Shown here piece by piece: positions 24,471 through 39,500 of a stretch of DNA of 64,000 nucleotides. The notes beneath the pieces were generated by a model, which was given only the letters and a program-made list of their open reading frames with translations, did no database searches and was not told the DNA's origin. Made by a program: the position numbers and the translations under genes. How positions within the stretch are numbered: the stretch's first letter is position 1; each line of letters begins with the position of its first letter. This stretch comes from Octopus sinensis (Eukaryota). The stretch is from positions 53,630,001 to 53,694,000 of the forward strand of contig NC_043006.1 in assembly GCF_006345805.1 (NCBI RefSeq), written 5' to 3'.

Positions 24471-24688
24471 CTCTTTTAGTGCCTTATTTAACACACTCAC
24501 TGGTAAAGTTTGCACTCATTTACATATTTATTTTTCGTAAAATTTTCCTTGTGTCTTGCAGCCTTTTCAATAGTTCCAACGACTACTGAAAAGGTTGCAA
24601 GACACAACGAAAATTTTAGGAAAAATAAATATGTAAATGAGTGCAAACTTTACCAGGGAGTGTGATAAATAATAAGGCACTAAAAGAG
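24471..24688. repeat. Palindromic fold-back (MITE-like) element, ~105-bp arms, 7-nt loop
   Basis: CTCTTTTAGTGCCTTATT...TTTTCAATAGT [TCCAACG] ACTACTGAAAA...AATAAGGCACTAAAAGAG; imperfect reverse complements. Confidence 0.85.
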
Positions 24689-27600
24689 ACTCTCCCCAGA
24701 CACAACAAAATATGCTTCAACACACAAACTCACATAAAGAATCTTGCAAACCAAATCCAAAAACAAAGTATATATATATAATGTATATAAAATAGTACCA
24801 CTCACTACTACTGTACATATATATTATATAGAATTCTTTCAATACAATAGCATTACATGGCACTGTGTGTATATATATATAGATGAGGCAAATTGGCAAA
24901 GTCATGGGTGTGAAAGAGAATGCTCCATAGTATTTGTTCCAGTTCAATATTTCCTGAGTTCAAATCCTACCCAGTTCAACTTTAAATAAAAAATAATAAT
25001 GACATGAAATATAGCACCACCCAAATACTGTGGTCATTGGTATCGACAAACCCTGTTCCCTTCAAAACTGATGGCTTTGTACCTAAATCAGATACAACTA
25101 CTACTACAACTACTACCACTATTATTAGTTTATATCTATATCAGATCTTTATTTGTATAATTTAATGTGAATATTCTTGTATTGTTATTAGAGACATGAA
25201 TCTCAATTCTTTTATTATTTTCTATGTGACATGACTTGTATACACAACAGTGTATAACATATACACATACACAGATTTCTGTGACAGATGTTGTCAATCT
25301 CTTTCTCCATGCATTGATGTATACTAGTCAGCAGTTCTACATGTCGAACCTGAATTAGCTGACTGGACAAAGTATCAAATGAACACCAGAAGACCAAGAG
25401 TTCCACTCCTACATTGTTGTTATATGACAAGAGAAATAGTGTGATTTAGTGTTAAAACATCTTTGCCTCGTTGACAGAATTTGTGTGTGTGTGTGTGTGT
25501 GTGTGTTTAGTGGTGTGTCTGGAGCAAAGTAATTTTGATTTGGATATATATATTTTGTTTACATTTTCCCTGTTTTTATGTCTATCAATCTAGCTACTAT
25601 ATATTTGTTTATATCTGTAGATTCTACAGTAACAGCTGTTTTGCTGTAAAGATGGGTGTTATTAACTTACAGGGTTGATCTGTCAGTTAGATCCTTGATG
25701 TGAACATTTTTTCTGTTAATCAGAAAAGAATAGCTGACAGCAACGTCATTTCAACTGAATACTTGAGTACTAAATACTTTGAGTCAGGTATAGCTCACCT
25801 CCAGCATTTCAGCTAATTCAGTCATCTGAGCCCCAAGATAAAAGATGATCAGATGGTGCTACTAACAGTCAATTCTTGAAGCTTTAAAGGCTGCCGTACC
25901 AAGTGGTTTTGCTTCAGCTGAATGCTCATTCTAGAATCTCACTTACAAAACATGATTAATTTTTCATATCCCTCAGAGCTATTGCCCATGACTAACAGTG
26001 AAATCTAAGTATTGTCCATGACTGAAAGTGTAATATAAATACCATATTATTTATAATAGTTCTTCCACTGCAAAGAATTCTCTTTCAAGCCAACTCTGGC
26101 TTCTGTGAAGTTGACTCAGTAAATATTTTCATTATTTCATGATTATATTTGTAGGTATGAAAGATTCAGCTAATGTTTCAATATATTTTCACTACTTCTG
26201 ACATTTTGCATTTGATTTGTCTACAAAATACTTTTCTCCAGCTATTCATACCCCTTAATAGACCCAGAACAGCAGGAGAGAAATGAAAAATTACTTATAC
26301 AGGGTGTATAATAGGTTATAATGGTGACATGGTAAGAGGTATACAACATTAATGCAAACAATGTTTTTTTTTTTTTTAAGCAAACCTTGTCTGTTTGTTA
26401 GCATAACGCATACAGCTCTACATATCTAATAGTTAGTCTATGTCTGACTTTTCCTTTTTCATAAAAGTGGACAAAAATGAAGCAGTTGGAGTAGGTCAAT
26501 TAGTGATAATACTAATACCATTTATTGCCGAATATTTCATTACCAGCCGACATATCTATTATCACCTTCCTCTCTTTCATTTATTTCCCTTCTCACATCT
26601 CGATGCAGTCACAGCTGGTTGAGCGGATATGAGTGTCTTCTGCTGGCTAAAGCATCAAGAAGTTTCATATTATCAACAGCGATATATAGTGTCTATGGTC
26701 AAGACACTTTAATGCACTATGAGTAGCTCCAAGTCACAAACAGTAGCACTGTGGAATATTGAGTAGAGGTCATCCTGTCCCTTAAAAATATGCAAACTCT
26801 TTCATATGAATCTTCTCATATTCCTTCTCCTAATAAGTGCCACGGTCTCTAATAGAAGAACTCTCTGTCTCTATCTATCTATCTATCTATCTGCTCAGTT
26901 CTAAGAATATTAGTCCTGATTGATAAAGATGGCCATGGATTAAGACCAAGCTGCTGGATTTGCCCCGAGACAAATGAAAGATAAGTGCAGCCTTTCAAGT
27001 TAGGCTGATGTTCATGATTTTAGTATGTGTGTGATAAACATAAAATTCTTTGCATTTATTTTTTTATTCCCCAGTCCCAACTTGAACCCCTGCATTTTTC
27101 CACCAGATATCTACAACTATTCTTTCTAAGAGACTGTCACCATTGTTCCATGAGATGCATCTACAACTATTTGGCTCTTGATGGTGATATGGGCACGTAT
27201 GACCTTAATAGAACTAGGTGGATTTATTTAATGTATAAAACAATAGTAAACGTCTACATTTACACCATCCCCCAACACACACACACAATTATCACCACTA
27301 CCTGATTAACAGGCCTTTTCAAACATTCCATTTATGTCTTTAAAACAAAATAGTTGACATTCTGTCCAGCCCATGACAGTGGTGAGCAAGAATTATGAGA
27401 ATTGCTATTAATTTGACAAAAGTGTTTTTAAAAGATTGTGAATTTCATTTATTTATATTTATATTTATACTTATATCTTTATTTTCTCTCCGGTTTTGAA
27501 TTCTTATTTATTGTTGTTAAAATTTTTTAATACTTTGTTGTTAAATTTTTTAATACTTTGTTGTTAAAATTATTTTTTGCTTTTTTAATAATTAATTTCC

Positions 27601-28477
27601 TAAAGCAACAAAAATACCTGTTTTTCACATGATATAATGAATATGAAACAGCAAATCTATATAAATGTCTATCCTCTGACGTCTTTTCATTTCCACAATG
27701 TGAGAGACGTCCTTACAACACTAGTCAATCCATTTTCACCAACTTTATTAAATCTCACATTACATCTGATGAGATGAGCTTTAATTTGGAAACGGTATAT
27801 TTTTTGCAAAGTTCCTCCAATACAATAAAGTTCTATAGCTTGATACTTGTCATTCAAAATGAGGGCATATTTGGTCTTCTCAAAGCATATCCCATGAAAA
27901 TTAATTTTTTTGAGCTAAACATACTATCAACTGAGAAAGTCTGTGCTCTTGCAATCAGCCACTCATTGTTTTATTATTGGTGAAAATTAAACCCAAATGC
28001 AAATTATAAAAGAGAGGAATGTCCATCATTTATTTCTTCTGCTAATGTTTCTGTTATTGTACATGTCTAAACACACACAGACTTACACATAAACATGCAC
28101 ACACAGACTTACACTCAAACATGCACACACATATTTTCATTGTGTATGGTTGCAATATGAAAACATTTATTGAACTAATGGAAACTTTTATTTTCTATGT
28201 GAATCACTTTGCTGTAAAATTGTGGACAAGAAGTTTCCAATTCTCAGAATTTATCATTAATATATACCATTTGTAATATTGTTTAGAATTGACAGTAATA
28301 ATTGTGGAGTGACTGTAGCATTTGAATCTCAAGAAATTTTTCAGAAAACTAATCCAATTTTTCCATGCTAATAATAACCCAAAACAAATAGGAGGTATAC
28401 ACGCATCATCTGTGTGTCATACATACATACATGTGTGTGTGTGTATGGATTAAAGCTACCATTGGTTTCATATTATC

Positions 28478-28566
28478 AAGCTTCTCACATAGAGCATCAG
28501 TGTTCATCTCCATTTTGTTTTTAATCTAAAATGGAGATGAACACTGATGTTCCATGTGATAAGCTT
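28478..28566. other. Short hairpin: 39-bp stem with a perfect 22-bp core and 11-nt loop
   Basis: 28495-28516 CATCAGTGTTCATCTCCATTTT pairs perfectly with 28528-28549. The outer stem extends to AAGCTT on both sides with 2 mismatches and 1 G:U on the + strand. Confidence 0.9.
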
Positions 28567-31500
28567 TATATTTGTTGAAGGACTTCTCTTAATATGCAAC
28601 TAATGCTAGCCTTAACCCATAAATAAATAATTTTTATCCATCAATGCAGTGTTGAGCACTCATTGTCATTGTTTGATATGAACGTATCAATGCTTCCACT
28701 ATTCTCAAACAGTGGATAAGCACTATATGTATTACACACACACATACATACATATTTTAAACATTTGAGATATATTTATCAGGTGGTGCTATTTGGGTAG
28801 ATACAGTTTGAGTTGCTATCAACCAAGTGTGTTTAAATACATGTGTGATGTACATAAGCATGTATACTTCATTGTAGACACTAGTTCAAAGTATACTGAG
28901 TGCTGACGCATATTTAAAATTTATGTAAATACAGTGTGTGTGTGTCAATAGAACATGTATTTCTATACCCTGGAGTTCCTTATTACGATTTTCATTCATA
29001 TGGATTTTACAACTGATAGAAAAATCCAACTTCATTCTAGTATTTTCTATAGTTATATTCTTTATGTTTGTATTTTGAACTATTATATTATTATTATAAT
29101 TATTATTGTCCATAGTTTTGTAAAGCTGATGTAATGTTTAGAAAGAAGAACATCATTTTCTGAAATCAAGTTTAGTGGCTCATATTTTTAAGTTCAAACC
29201 TCACCTAAGACAACTTTTGTCTTATCCTTTTGAAGACAGTGAGAAAATCATTAGTAGTATATTTGGGTCATTTTGATTGAGTATAAACCCTTATTGTTTA
29301 AAAATAATAATTTGTATCTTAGAAATGGAACAAATGATTTTTTTTTAATTAATTCCAACAGAGTATTTGGATCCACCAAATTGCCCTAAAAAAAAGTCAT
29401 AAGTTTAAATCACAACTAAAAAGACAATTGAAATGCACAAAGAGGAATACTAATGCACAGCCATATAAATCATGTCAACTTGAGGGAAAATAAGTATTAG
29501 TGTTGGTAATAATGATGTATCTGGGCCAGCTTTTAGTTGGTTATACTTACATTATATACCTTACTTCAGTTTTATAAGAATATTTCTTTTGACTAACCTT
29601 AAATGAAATATCTTATGCTATTTTTTAAAGATCATAGCTGTTCTTCAAATATTATATAAAGGTACCTTACACTGTCTCATCTTAATCTTTTTACCAACCG
29701 TGTGGTTTCATAAGACTGGTGGTGCTAAACTTCAGTTTCTGTAGCATCAAACTAATAACAGTGTCACTTTAGAGACAGCAGATACCATTACAGATTTTAC
29801 TGTTGAGTAGTCAATATAACAGTGTGCACCTAGTCATTGAACACATGCACCAAAAATGCATCAGCTTATCCAAAGATTATTGAAACTTTCAGAATTAGCC
29901 AACCTATATAAAGGATTTTTTAAAAAATGTTACCATTCATGCATGTCTCTTGAATTTTTCTAAGAATTACTTTGTACAACAAGGGCTCATTTTCCTACAT
30001 ATTTGTAATTTATAATCCAATCTGTGTAATGAATCTATTGTTTGTAATAGAATCTATTTTTTCTATATTTTTTCAATTAGATTTCATCTTTTAATTATAC
30101 TCAGGATATCCTTACTTAAAACTAGTTTGCCTTATTACTTTACCTTCGACTTGGTTGTAGGTGAAGTAACTTGTTTTTATATCTCAGCCCTAGACTCTTC
30201 ATTTTTTACCCTTGTTCATCATTGACCATGTCTTCTATTGTTCTAATGATAAATATAATTTGCTCATTATCCAGTAATTAATCTTTTCTGGTCTCAGATC
30301 AAATCCTACCCTATTCCATATTTCTTGATAATTTGTTCATTCATAATTCTTGTGAAGCCATCTCAACATTATTGATTTACTGTAGTTATGTATTCTTTGA
30401 GAATGTGGGACGAATAAAAACTTTTTGTGAAAGCTTTTACTAGGAGCTCAGCGAGCCAAGTTTACAATTTGGTTTCAATTCTCACTTGGAATCATTTTAT
30501 AAGCATCTGTATTCTTGAGAAAGTTAGAAACATCACATTTTCCATTTTCTTCTTCTTTTAAAGTCTAAAGATCTAATCAGCCGTTGCTAATTATGACAAG
30601 TCAAACAATCATACCTCTGTGTGTGTGTGTGGAGAGAGAGAGAGAGAGAGTATAATAAAGTGATGTACAACAGCTGTGGAATTATGGGTAGTTGACTGTT
30701 TTGACGCATTGAATTTCCTCAATTACAGAAGTTTGTTTGTAAGCTGACTCACTAAATTACTTGTCATCAAATTGTGAGAAATAACCCTTTTTAATATACC
30801 AGAATTACATGTTTTGAGAAAAATTGTAAGTTGTTATCAAAGATGGTTTCATACTAAAATAATCATTAGTGGTTTCTGATCAGGCTGAAGGTTATGACTT
30901 CCATGGTTCTAAGATTGAATGTGAATGAGCTCTGAAAGATAAATTACAGACCACATCATCAAAAATTCTGCTATTTTGTCGTTATCTATAAGATGGATCC
31001 TTTTGGCAAAATCCATTGGCTTGCTAAAAATAGGGACCAGGTCTCAATGATAGGTATTAGCAGTAGAAATCTCAATGGGTATAGATAATGGAGGCAAAAC
31101 TAAGGAAAACAAATCATGGATTCTTGCAGATGGATGAAGGCTGAAATGTATATTTCTTGCTTTTGGAATCTAATATTATATTTTTTAAATTAGTAAGAGA
31201 GTCCAGAACCATGATATATGTAGGCCCTCACAATTTGTTGAGATATAGTTAATACCCAGCTTGAACATTTTCAAAAGAAATGTAGGCAGGAAGAGAAACA
31301 CAGGTCTTGCAATAGAATGATCATGTGGTGGTGTTAAACTGGGTGATGCACTAGACCTGCCATTCATGAAAAAATAACTTTGTTTTCTTCTCATATCTAA
31401 CCCTATAAAACCTAAATTATCAATACTTTATTTATTTAAGGCTAAATAGTAAATTTTATGTAAATCAACAGAAAACAATTAATTTTCTTACATGTATATA

Positions 31501-34500
31501 TATTTAAATATCAGTAATTTTGTGAAAACTGTTAGATACAATTGCTTACATGCAATAAAATATTGTAATTATTATAATGTAATATATTATAGTAATTATA
31601 ATATAGTATATTATTGCCGGCAAGCAATTATATATAACAATTTTCACATAATTATGATAATGTTATTCAAAAGCAAAGAATCATCCCTTCCTTAATAACA
31701 TTTGAAGTATCAATAATTATTAACAACAGGACTTAAGTTAGATATGGATATATTTTTCCACTGGATATTTACCTCCACAATGTCTCCTATTCCTAAACAT
31801 CAGCAGCTTAGCTCTATACGTCAGGTTTCTTTTAATGTCTAACAGCAAAATATCCCATCTTGATTGAATGTACATATGAAATTAACTCTCTGATATTGAA
31901 TAAACGAATAGCTAAAGCGTAAATAAAACTATTAAAAACATTTAAACACAACAGTTTGGAGCTGAAAATAACATGGTACTTGAGGCTCAAAAGGTCAACC
32001 TCAAACCATGATGTACTTCTAGGGAAACATTGCTTTTCATTCTAGCTTCACTAAACAGAGCTCAAGAGATGTGAGTCATATTTTCCAACATTCCAGTTGT
32101 GTATTTAGCATTGAGATCATGCTTTCATCTGTTGTAGGTCTCCAGTTAATATAAAACTAACTTAGGTAATATTTCAGTTGTTAAAGGACTGAAAAGTGTA
32201 CAGAAATAGCAGAGAATGCATCTTACTAGTACTGATCTCAGCCGATAAACTAATAAACATTTCCTTCCTTCAACTTAACATTCCTGCTAGACCAGATCTG
32301 TGATGCATAGTGAAACCTAAATGTATGTCAGGGTGCCCTAACACATCTGCCACCTGGCAAAATGTAAATTCCAGCATTGTAAATTAACAAGAACTCATTG
32401 ATTATAAAGTTTTATTGTTGCCAGTGTTGATGAATTAGAAACCATTCTTGAAATTTTTTTATATTTAATTGATCTGAGCCATACAAGTTGTCATCGTCAG
32501 GTGCGCATTAATGTGTCAGGATTTCCAATAACACTAATCAAAAACAATTCCTGCATTTCTGTACATTTATAACCCAATGCCGACATTAGAAAAAAATAAA
32601 GATATGAAGTGTTATATATAAAAAAAAAGCTATCAATGGAAATGAAAGAAATTTCTAAAACAAATTTGTTTTATATTTATAATTCTTTTTTGCTTGTTTT
32701 TAATTATAACAAATACGTCGATATTTTCTCCACCAAGAAAAACAAACAAAAAAAATCATTATACTAATATTTAATGTGTAGGGAAGGGTCTAAAAATAAC
32801 CCTCTCAGAAATTTCAAAGCCATATAAAATTTTACCAGAAGCATGTGATGAAGTGAGCTCTGACATTAAAGGTTTGGATTACTTTGTGTTTCTAAGTTTG
32901 AATCTTTAACATGCAGATCAACTTCAGTTTCATCAGTTATCCAGGAATGCATAAGTAGCAGTAACATATTAGTTTTGAAACCAAAGCATCACCATCTCCT
33001 GCCTTATGCTGCTGAAGTCCTTCCTTCATCAGCATGATTAAAGTAGGGTCAGGGTCCTTGTTACTGCTGCTGTTTCATGTCATGCGAGGTATAATGAGCT
33101 TTGCAAGGGTCTGATGATTGGCACTACCTAAGAGAAGTTTACTATTTATAGATTTGTTGTGATGTATATGCCTTTCTCAAAGATATTAGAGATGTAGGAA
33201 GGAAAAAATAGATTCCAACTGGAAATCCAAATTGGTTCACAAACATACAATTTGCCAGCGGTTTAGCTATAACACTGGTGAGGGTACTAATGCTATGGTA
33301 CTTAACCTTTATGCCTAATTAAAATAATACAAATTCTTTTCTATATTTATTTACAGAGGAGTTTTTTTTTTTTTTTTTAACATTTGTTAAAATTGAACTA
33401 CAGAAACAATACTGTCTGTAGAAGACAATTTTAGTATATGGATTTTTTTTTCTTTTTGATTAAAACTTAGTCTTGTATATTATTTGTTTGTGTTTTATTT
33501 CATGTCATCAGTTTTAATAAGGGGATAATATAAGCCCCTGATCTAAGAAGTAACTTGTAATGTTAATATGATGCCAATGAAGGAACCTGTATGCTAGGAG
33601 TGGGAAACCCATCTATTGTGAGCAAATTTTCAACCACATTCAGTTTAGAAATCAACCATTAATGAATAAATTAATATAAACTAGTTTTCTAATTAATGAC
33701 ATCACAAGAATACCTAGGGATTTGTAAAAATGAAATATTGTTCCTCTCAGCATAGATACATAAAAGACACATGGTACCAAAAAAAAAAAAAACAGTTTCC
33801 TGCTCCTGTTGTACATGGTTTCTCTACTTGTTAGAAACATCAGCCAAATCTCCCTCAAATTAGACTCTTTTGTCTTAAAACAGAAAGGACACATCATCGT
33901 TTAACATGCTAACATGGGTTGGACAGTTCGACCAGGGTCTGGGAAGCCAGGAGGCTGCACCAGGCTCCAGTCTGATCTGGCAGTGTTTCTACAGCTGGAT
34001 GCCCTTCCTAACGCCAACCACTCCGTGAGTGTACTGGGTGCTTTTTATGTGCCACCGGCACAGGTGCCAGGGTAGACTGGCAACGGTCACGGAAACCATT
34101 GTGATGGAAGAGCCCCACTTAATTCATCTTCATGCAATGATCGAGAGGAAGATACATTGGAGAAGTTGATTTCCTGTTGCCTTATGGAAGCCCACCAGAA
34201 CTGAAAGAGCCCACCCAGCACATCAAACTGATGAAAAACCTTAATTATACAAGATTAACTCTTTGGGACCAAGCCTACTGATACTTCTACATGGAATAAG
34301 ATGCAATAGAGAATAGGGATAAAATCATGCAAAAAAGAATCCCTTTTCTATTGCTTCCCAACCACATGGTTCCAGGTTCAGTCCCACTGCATGACACTTT
34401 AGGCAAGTCTCTTCTACTATAGTCTGGGGTCAATCAAAGCCTTGCAAGTGGATTTGGTAGACAAAAACTGAAAAGAGCCTGTTATGTGTGGGTGGGTATG

Positions 34501-36424
34501 TCCCACCACCACTTGACAACTTGTTTTAGTATATTTACATCCTTGCAACTTGGCAGATCAGCAAAAAGAGACTGATAGAATAAATATCCCACTTAAAAAA
34601 AAAGCAAGTATTGGGGTCAATTTATTCAACTAAAAGTTCAAGGCAGTGCCCTAGCATGGCTACATTCTAATGACCAAAAGAGATAAAAGATATGTTCTGC
34701 CCCAAATAAGTGACAGTCCAACCTATGCCAGTTTAAAAAATGAACATAAAACAAAGAAACAAATGAACAGGATTATCATAGACATTAGTCTGTACCCTAA
34801 CTTTAAACATTACTAATAAAATTTATATACACATACACAAACACACACGTGCGTGTGTGAGAGAGAAAGATAATGTATTCAATATGGAATTTTCAAAACA
34901 ATCAAAGAAAATTGAAACTCCAACGCCTGGCAGCTGACTTGGCAGACACCCATAAAATTATTAACCATCTTACAAACAATAACTCTGAGCACCTTTTCAA
35001 ACTCCACCTGTCTAACACCCATGGACATGTTTACAAAGTCAGAAAACAGCACAGCTTCCATGACTTTCGAAAACCTTTTTTGACGCTAAGAGTTGCTGAA
35101 GTATAGAACAAACTGCCAGCATCAGTTGTTAGTTATTGGAGCACTGCATCTTTCAAAACTTCCATGCTTCTTGAGATTCGCCAACACTACACCTGATTTT
35201 CTCCCCTCCATACACACGCAAGCATGTATCTGACTCATACACTGTTCACTTCCCAGACATTTGTACATTACTGCATATGCTTTGTACACATTTTTGACAA
35301 GCTGTTGTGCACCTGAGCACTGTATACAATAATTTCATTATTATTATTTATTATAAAATAATAAAGAACTTAATATATACAGGGCTCAATTGCACTACAA
35401 ACTCTTGCTAACAACATCACCATCCACTCCTCAATGATTTTTGTCATTATCATCATTTAACATCCACTTTTCCATGCTTGCATGGATCAAACAGAATTTT
35501 TCAAGGCAGATTTTCTAAACCTAATTGCCCTTCTTGTCGCCAACCCTTACCTGTTTCCTGACAAGGTAATATTCCTCCATGGCCAAAATTATAAGTAACA
35601 CAAATTTCCAGGCAGTCAAGCATTTGTACAGATTTTCTAAAGTCTGAAAGTATATATTTTTTAAAAATCTAAAGCACACCTAGTTTGAAAACCACTGATT
35701 TAATTATTATATATACTGTTTATAATTAGTCATACAGATTTCCTCATCTTCATTGATTTTAGCTGTTATACATTTCAGAATTCATCTGGTATTGAACTCA
35801 ATTGTGGTATTGGAATTTCAAACCTAGCCCATTATTTGATCCATAAAAGTACAGTTCTCATTCTACTCTCTGCATTTCATGACATTTTTTGTTTCAGTTG
35901 ACTTACAGGATTTGAATTCAATCCCAGGCAAGGCACTAAGGTAATCCACACAAAAAATGAACTGAAGCAATGAACAAAACACAAAGAGTGGGAAAAGGAT
36001 TAGGTTTGAAATTCTGATACAACAACTGAGTTCAACACAAGATATCTGAAGAAGACTGAAATATACAACATTTGAAACATAGTAAAATCAACAATCAAGA
36101 TGAGGACACCAGGTTGATTACTATAAATAGTATACATAATATAAATTCCTCAACTCACAAGTATAGAATTGTTCAGATAATGCAATCAAAGACATACAAA
36201 AAAAGATAAGATGGTCACAGCTGGAATATGAATGATCACAGGTCTTCTTGATCAAGGCTGACTTGGGATTAAGTAACAACAAAATTAAAAAAAAAAAAAA
36301 GAAAGAATGGTTTGAATTCTTTTGTTATAAATGTTTTTAATTTCGTTCTGTATTCATTTTTTTGTGAGAGAAGATGACGAAGACAGATGTCATGGAAAGA
36401 CACTAGAATCATGACTATAGCATG

Positions 36425-36589
36425 TCACTCAGGTTTGTTCATAAGTTTGGAATGCTTATGAACAGCATCCACAAAAGCACCTAAATGATCAGGTTGGAAA
36501 TCTGGGTACATTCCATGACCCAAATTAGCAATGTAACGATGTGTACCAAATTTCTTCAACATAGTTTTTACATAAATTTCAATTTCATC
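36425..36589 (-). CDS. UROD: UROD exon 10 (DEIEIYVK...KLMNKPE*)
   Basis: 165 nt, TTTTAG| acceptor, TGA stop at 36427-36425. Confidence 0.95.
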   Translation of the reverse strand, partial: DEIEIYVKTMLKKFGTHRYIANLGHGMYPDFQPDHLGAFVDAVHKHSKLMNKPE

Positions 36590-39500
36590 CTAAAAATGAA
36601 AAATAAAAAAAAGATTTAAACTCAATTAATTTCATTTGTATTTTTACACTGAAATAAGTGAAGTCAATAATAACAATGTTTGGTTCAGATGTGACCCATA
36701 ATACAAAAGGTTGTTGGAGCACATTGAAGTTGTCATTCTTTTTGTATGGCTAAGAGGAAATAGGACAACACCTTTGACCCATCTTATTGCTTCTGCAACT
36801 GGATGAAAAAAGTTATCTTCAGACACTGAGACCTAGCTTAAAATTCCCATAACAGAGATGACTCTGATCAGGTAGTGGAATTAGATTGGTCTATCACCCT
36901 GGACAAATAATGTTCCATGACTCAGGAATTTTTTTAACTGATCACCTGACTTTTGATGAAAGATGAACAAGTAACCTTTTGATCATCATACAGTCTTTAG
37001 ATGTAAGATGAATGAGTAACCTTTTGATTGCAGGAGAACAGATGACCATTTCAGTGTTTGTGGTTTTACCTGTTTCCAAAAGTTTGGGACATTTTTTTTT
37101 AAATTAAAATTGTTATGGTCAAGTACAATTTGATTCAAATATATACATCATGGAGATAACTGATCAAATGGTTCAATTCTAATTTTCAGACCTTTGTTCC
37201 AAACTTTTGGCCAAGTAATAATATATTGCAAATTAAATATAACTTTGAGCATTTAATATAAAAATTTTAATTTTCAGACCTATGTTTTAAACTTTTGGCC
37301 ATGACGGTATTTCACCTTCAATTTATTCTACTGAAATGGTTCCTCACCAGGAAATAAAAAACAAACAACAATAAAATGTAAAGTGCCACAACTTACCTTT
37401 GAAGCATAGAGGGCACAAGGATCAAGATTCCCTTGTAAAGATACATGGGACTCTGTCTGTTCTCTGCAACAAAAAGAGATGTTAAAGTAATAAATGCAGC
37501 AGAACAGCAACATCTGGTCTCATTCAGACCAAATCTACCTTATTCCATTCCACTGTAACCACAACCTACAAATTTTCAGAAGCAGACTGGATAATGGTAT
37601 GTGTGTGCATGTCTGTGAGTGTGTGTGAGACAGACAAACAGACAGAGAAAGAGAGAATATAACATACCCAAACTGCAATATTACAATAAAACATTGTAAT
37701 AATTAAACATTGAAATTACACACAAATAACTACCTTCAGCCATGAATGGAGGCTCTATATGGTTACTCAAACAGCTAGAAATGATAGCCACACATGTTTC
37801 AAATTAAAGTTACTGTCTTAAAGAAAGGGATACAATGAGTTTTTAGGTGCATATTACCTGAAAAAAAATAGGACAGTCACAGCTTAAATGTTTTCGATCA
37901 TATATCAACTAAGCCAGCACCTAAAGATTCAACTAACTACCTACATTCCATGTCTCAGCTTCATGAATACTGACTTGGAGCTAAACAATGATGTTAGAAT
38001 GTATAGTGTGAACCTCACCTAGATAGCAATATGGATCTGCGACCATACCTGATCATTTGTCTGATTACAGAGTGGATCCTCTGTTGGTTTCAACAATAAG
38101 CATTCAGTTGTTTAACTAATGAACTACTTACTCATTGAATCAGTGTGGAATTAGCTGAAGATTCAACAGACATATACATACTTTTAATATAATTCTTAGG
38201 CTGAATAAGTGAGGCACAATATGTGATGAGGCTGGAGCTATTAAATATGAGGTACAACCAACTATATACTTGTATCAGATCTGCTCAATCAGAGATGACC
38301 TGGGGCTAAACAACAAACAGATTTCCTACATTAAATCAGTTTTTTCTCTTTAATTGACCAATTTAATTATTCATTTATTTATTAATAAGCATAAGCATGG
38401 TTTTGTGGTTAAGAAGTTTGCTTCTCAACTACATGCTTTCAGGTTCAGTCCCACAACATGGTACCCTGGGTAAAGTACCTTCTACTATAAACCCAAGCCA
38501 ATCAAAGCCTTGTTAGTAGATTTGGTAGATGGAAACTGAAAGAAGCCTGTCGTATGTATGCATGTGGTTGTGTCTCCTCTTCACAATGCATGATAACTTT
38601 AAATGAATGTCACTGCAATAAAAATAATGTCATTCATTCCTAATATCTTGCAAAATATAGGGAAATATTACTTTATTTCAACACAAGTGAAGGTTGACAA
38701 CAGGAATAATATACAGTCATAGAAAATCTGTCTCAGGAAATTCTGTCCAACCCATGCAAGATGGAAAACAGGGTGTTAAAATGATGATGAGACATTTAAT
38801 CAGCAGGGTGTAATTAGGTCTTAGAAACATAGGAAAGATGCTAGTAATTACTAAATTTGAGACAAAGATCTTGTGAAAAGATACACATGTTCAAATTGAC
38901 CAGATTTGGCCCCTCACACCTACCCTACAATGTCATTCTAAAAGTAAATAGTTATATTATCAAAAGCTCAAAGCTACAAGATAGTGCATGCTTAATTCAA
39001 AACAATGTGAATAAACAAGCATTATATTTGATTTGGTAATCTGAATGATGAATGTTTAAAATTCAGAAAATTAAGTTGGTAGACCAAAACTTTGCCAGAT
39101 CAATCCATTGCCTTTAAAGCTTTGAAAAGATAATACTAATTTCTTACAATAGCACAAAGCTGCAAATGTTTGTGGGAGGGACATAGTTGGTTTAATTGAT
39201 TTCCAAGGTTGAAAAGCAAATTTGACTCAAGCAGAATTTGAACTCTGAACATAAAGGGCAAAGCATTATTTCCAGAGTTCTGCTGATTCTAGCATTCCAC
39301 CATTTGTTTTATAAGGTAATAAAGAATAAGGTTTTGTTTTTGTATTTGGTTTGTAAAATTCTTTGTGTTGAAACAGATTTTGATGTATTCTCAGTAGGGT
39401 CATTATGCCAATAAAAAAAGATACACACTGGTTCACTTTCACGTCATTATTATTCGTCTATTGTTTAACTATTTAACCAGCTAACTAATACATTATTTGA

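Noticed and set aside
25250-26860. Higher-complexity non-repeat sequence that might hide exons
   Set aside because: All frames are interrupted and there are no recognisable domains; it may be UTR, lncRNA or very old TE.
33027-33116. Box C/D snoRNA-like arrangement (ATGATTA...CTGA, CATCAG/CTGATG)
   Set aside because: The C box is imperfect, the apparent stem consumes the D box, it is not in a recognised intron, and I recognise no rRNA guide.
32940-33130. Minus-strand frame open except for one TGA (possible selenoprotein exon)
   Set aside because: No similarity to known selenoproteins, the context is not Sec-like, and no SECIS or partner exons were found.
36046-36078. Hammerhead-like CTGAAGA...GAAAC motif
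   Set aside because: Stem II and the flanking stems do not pair.
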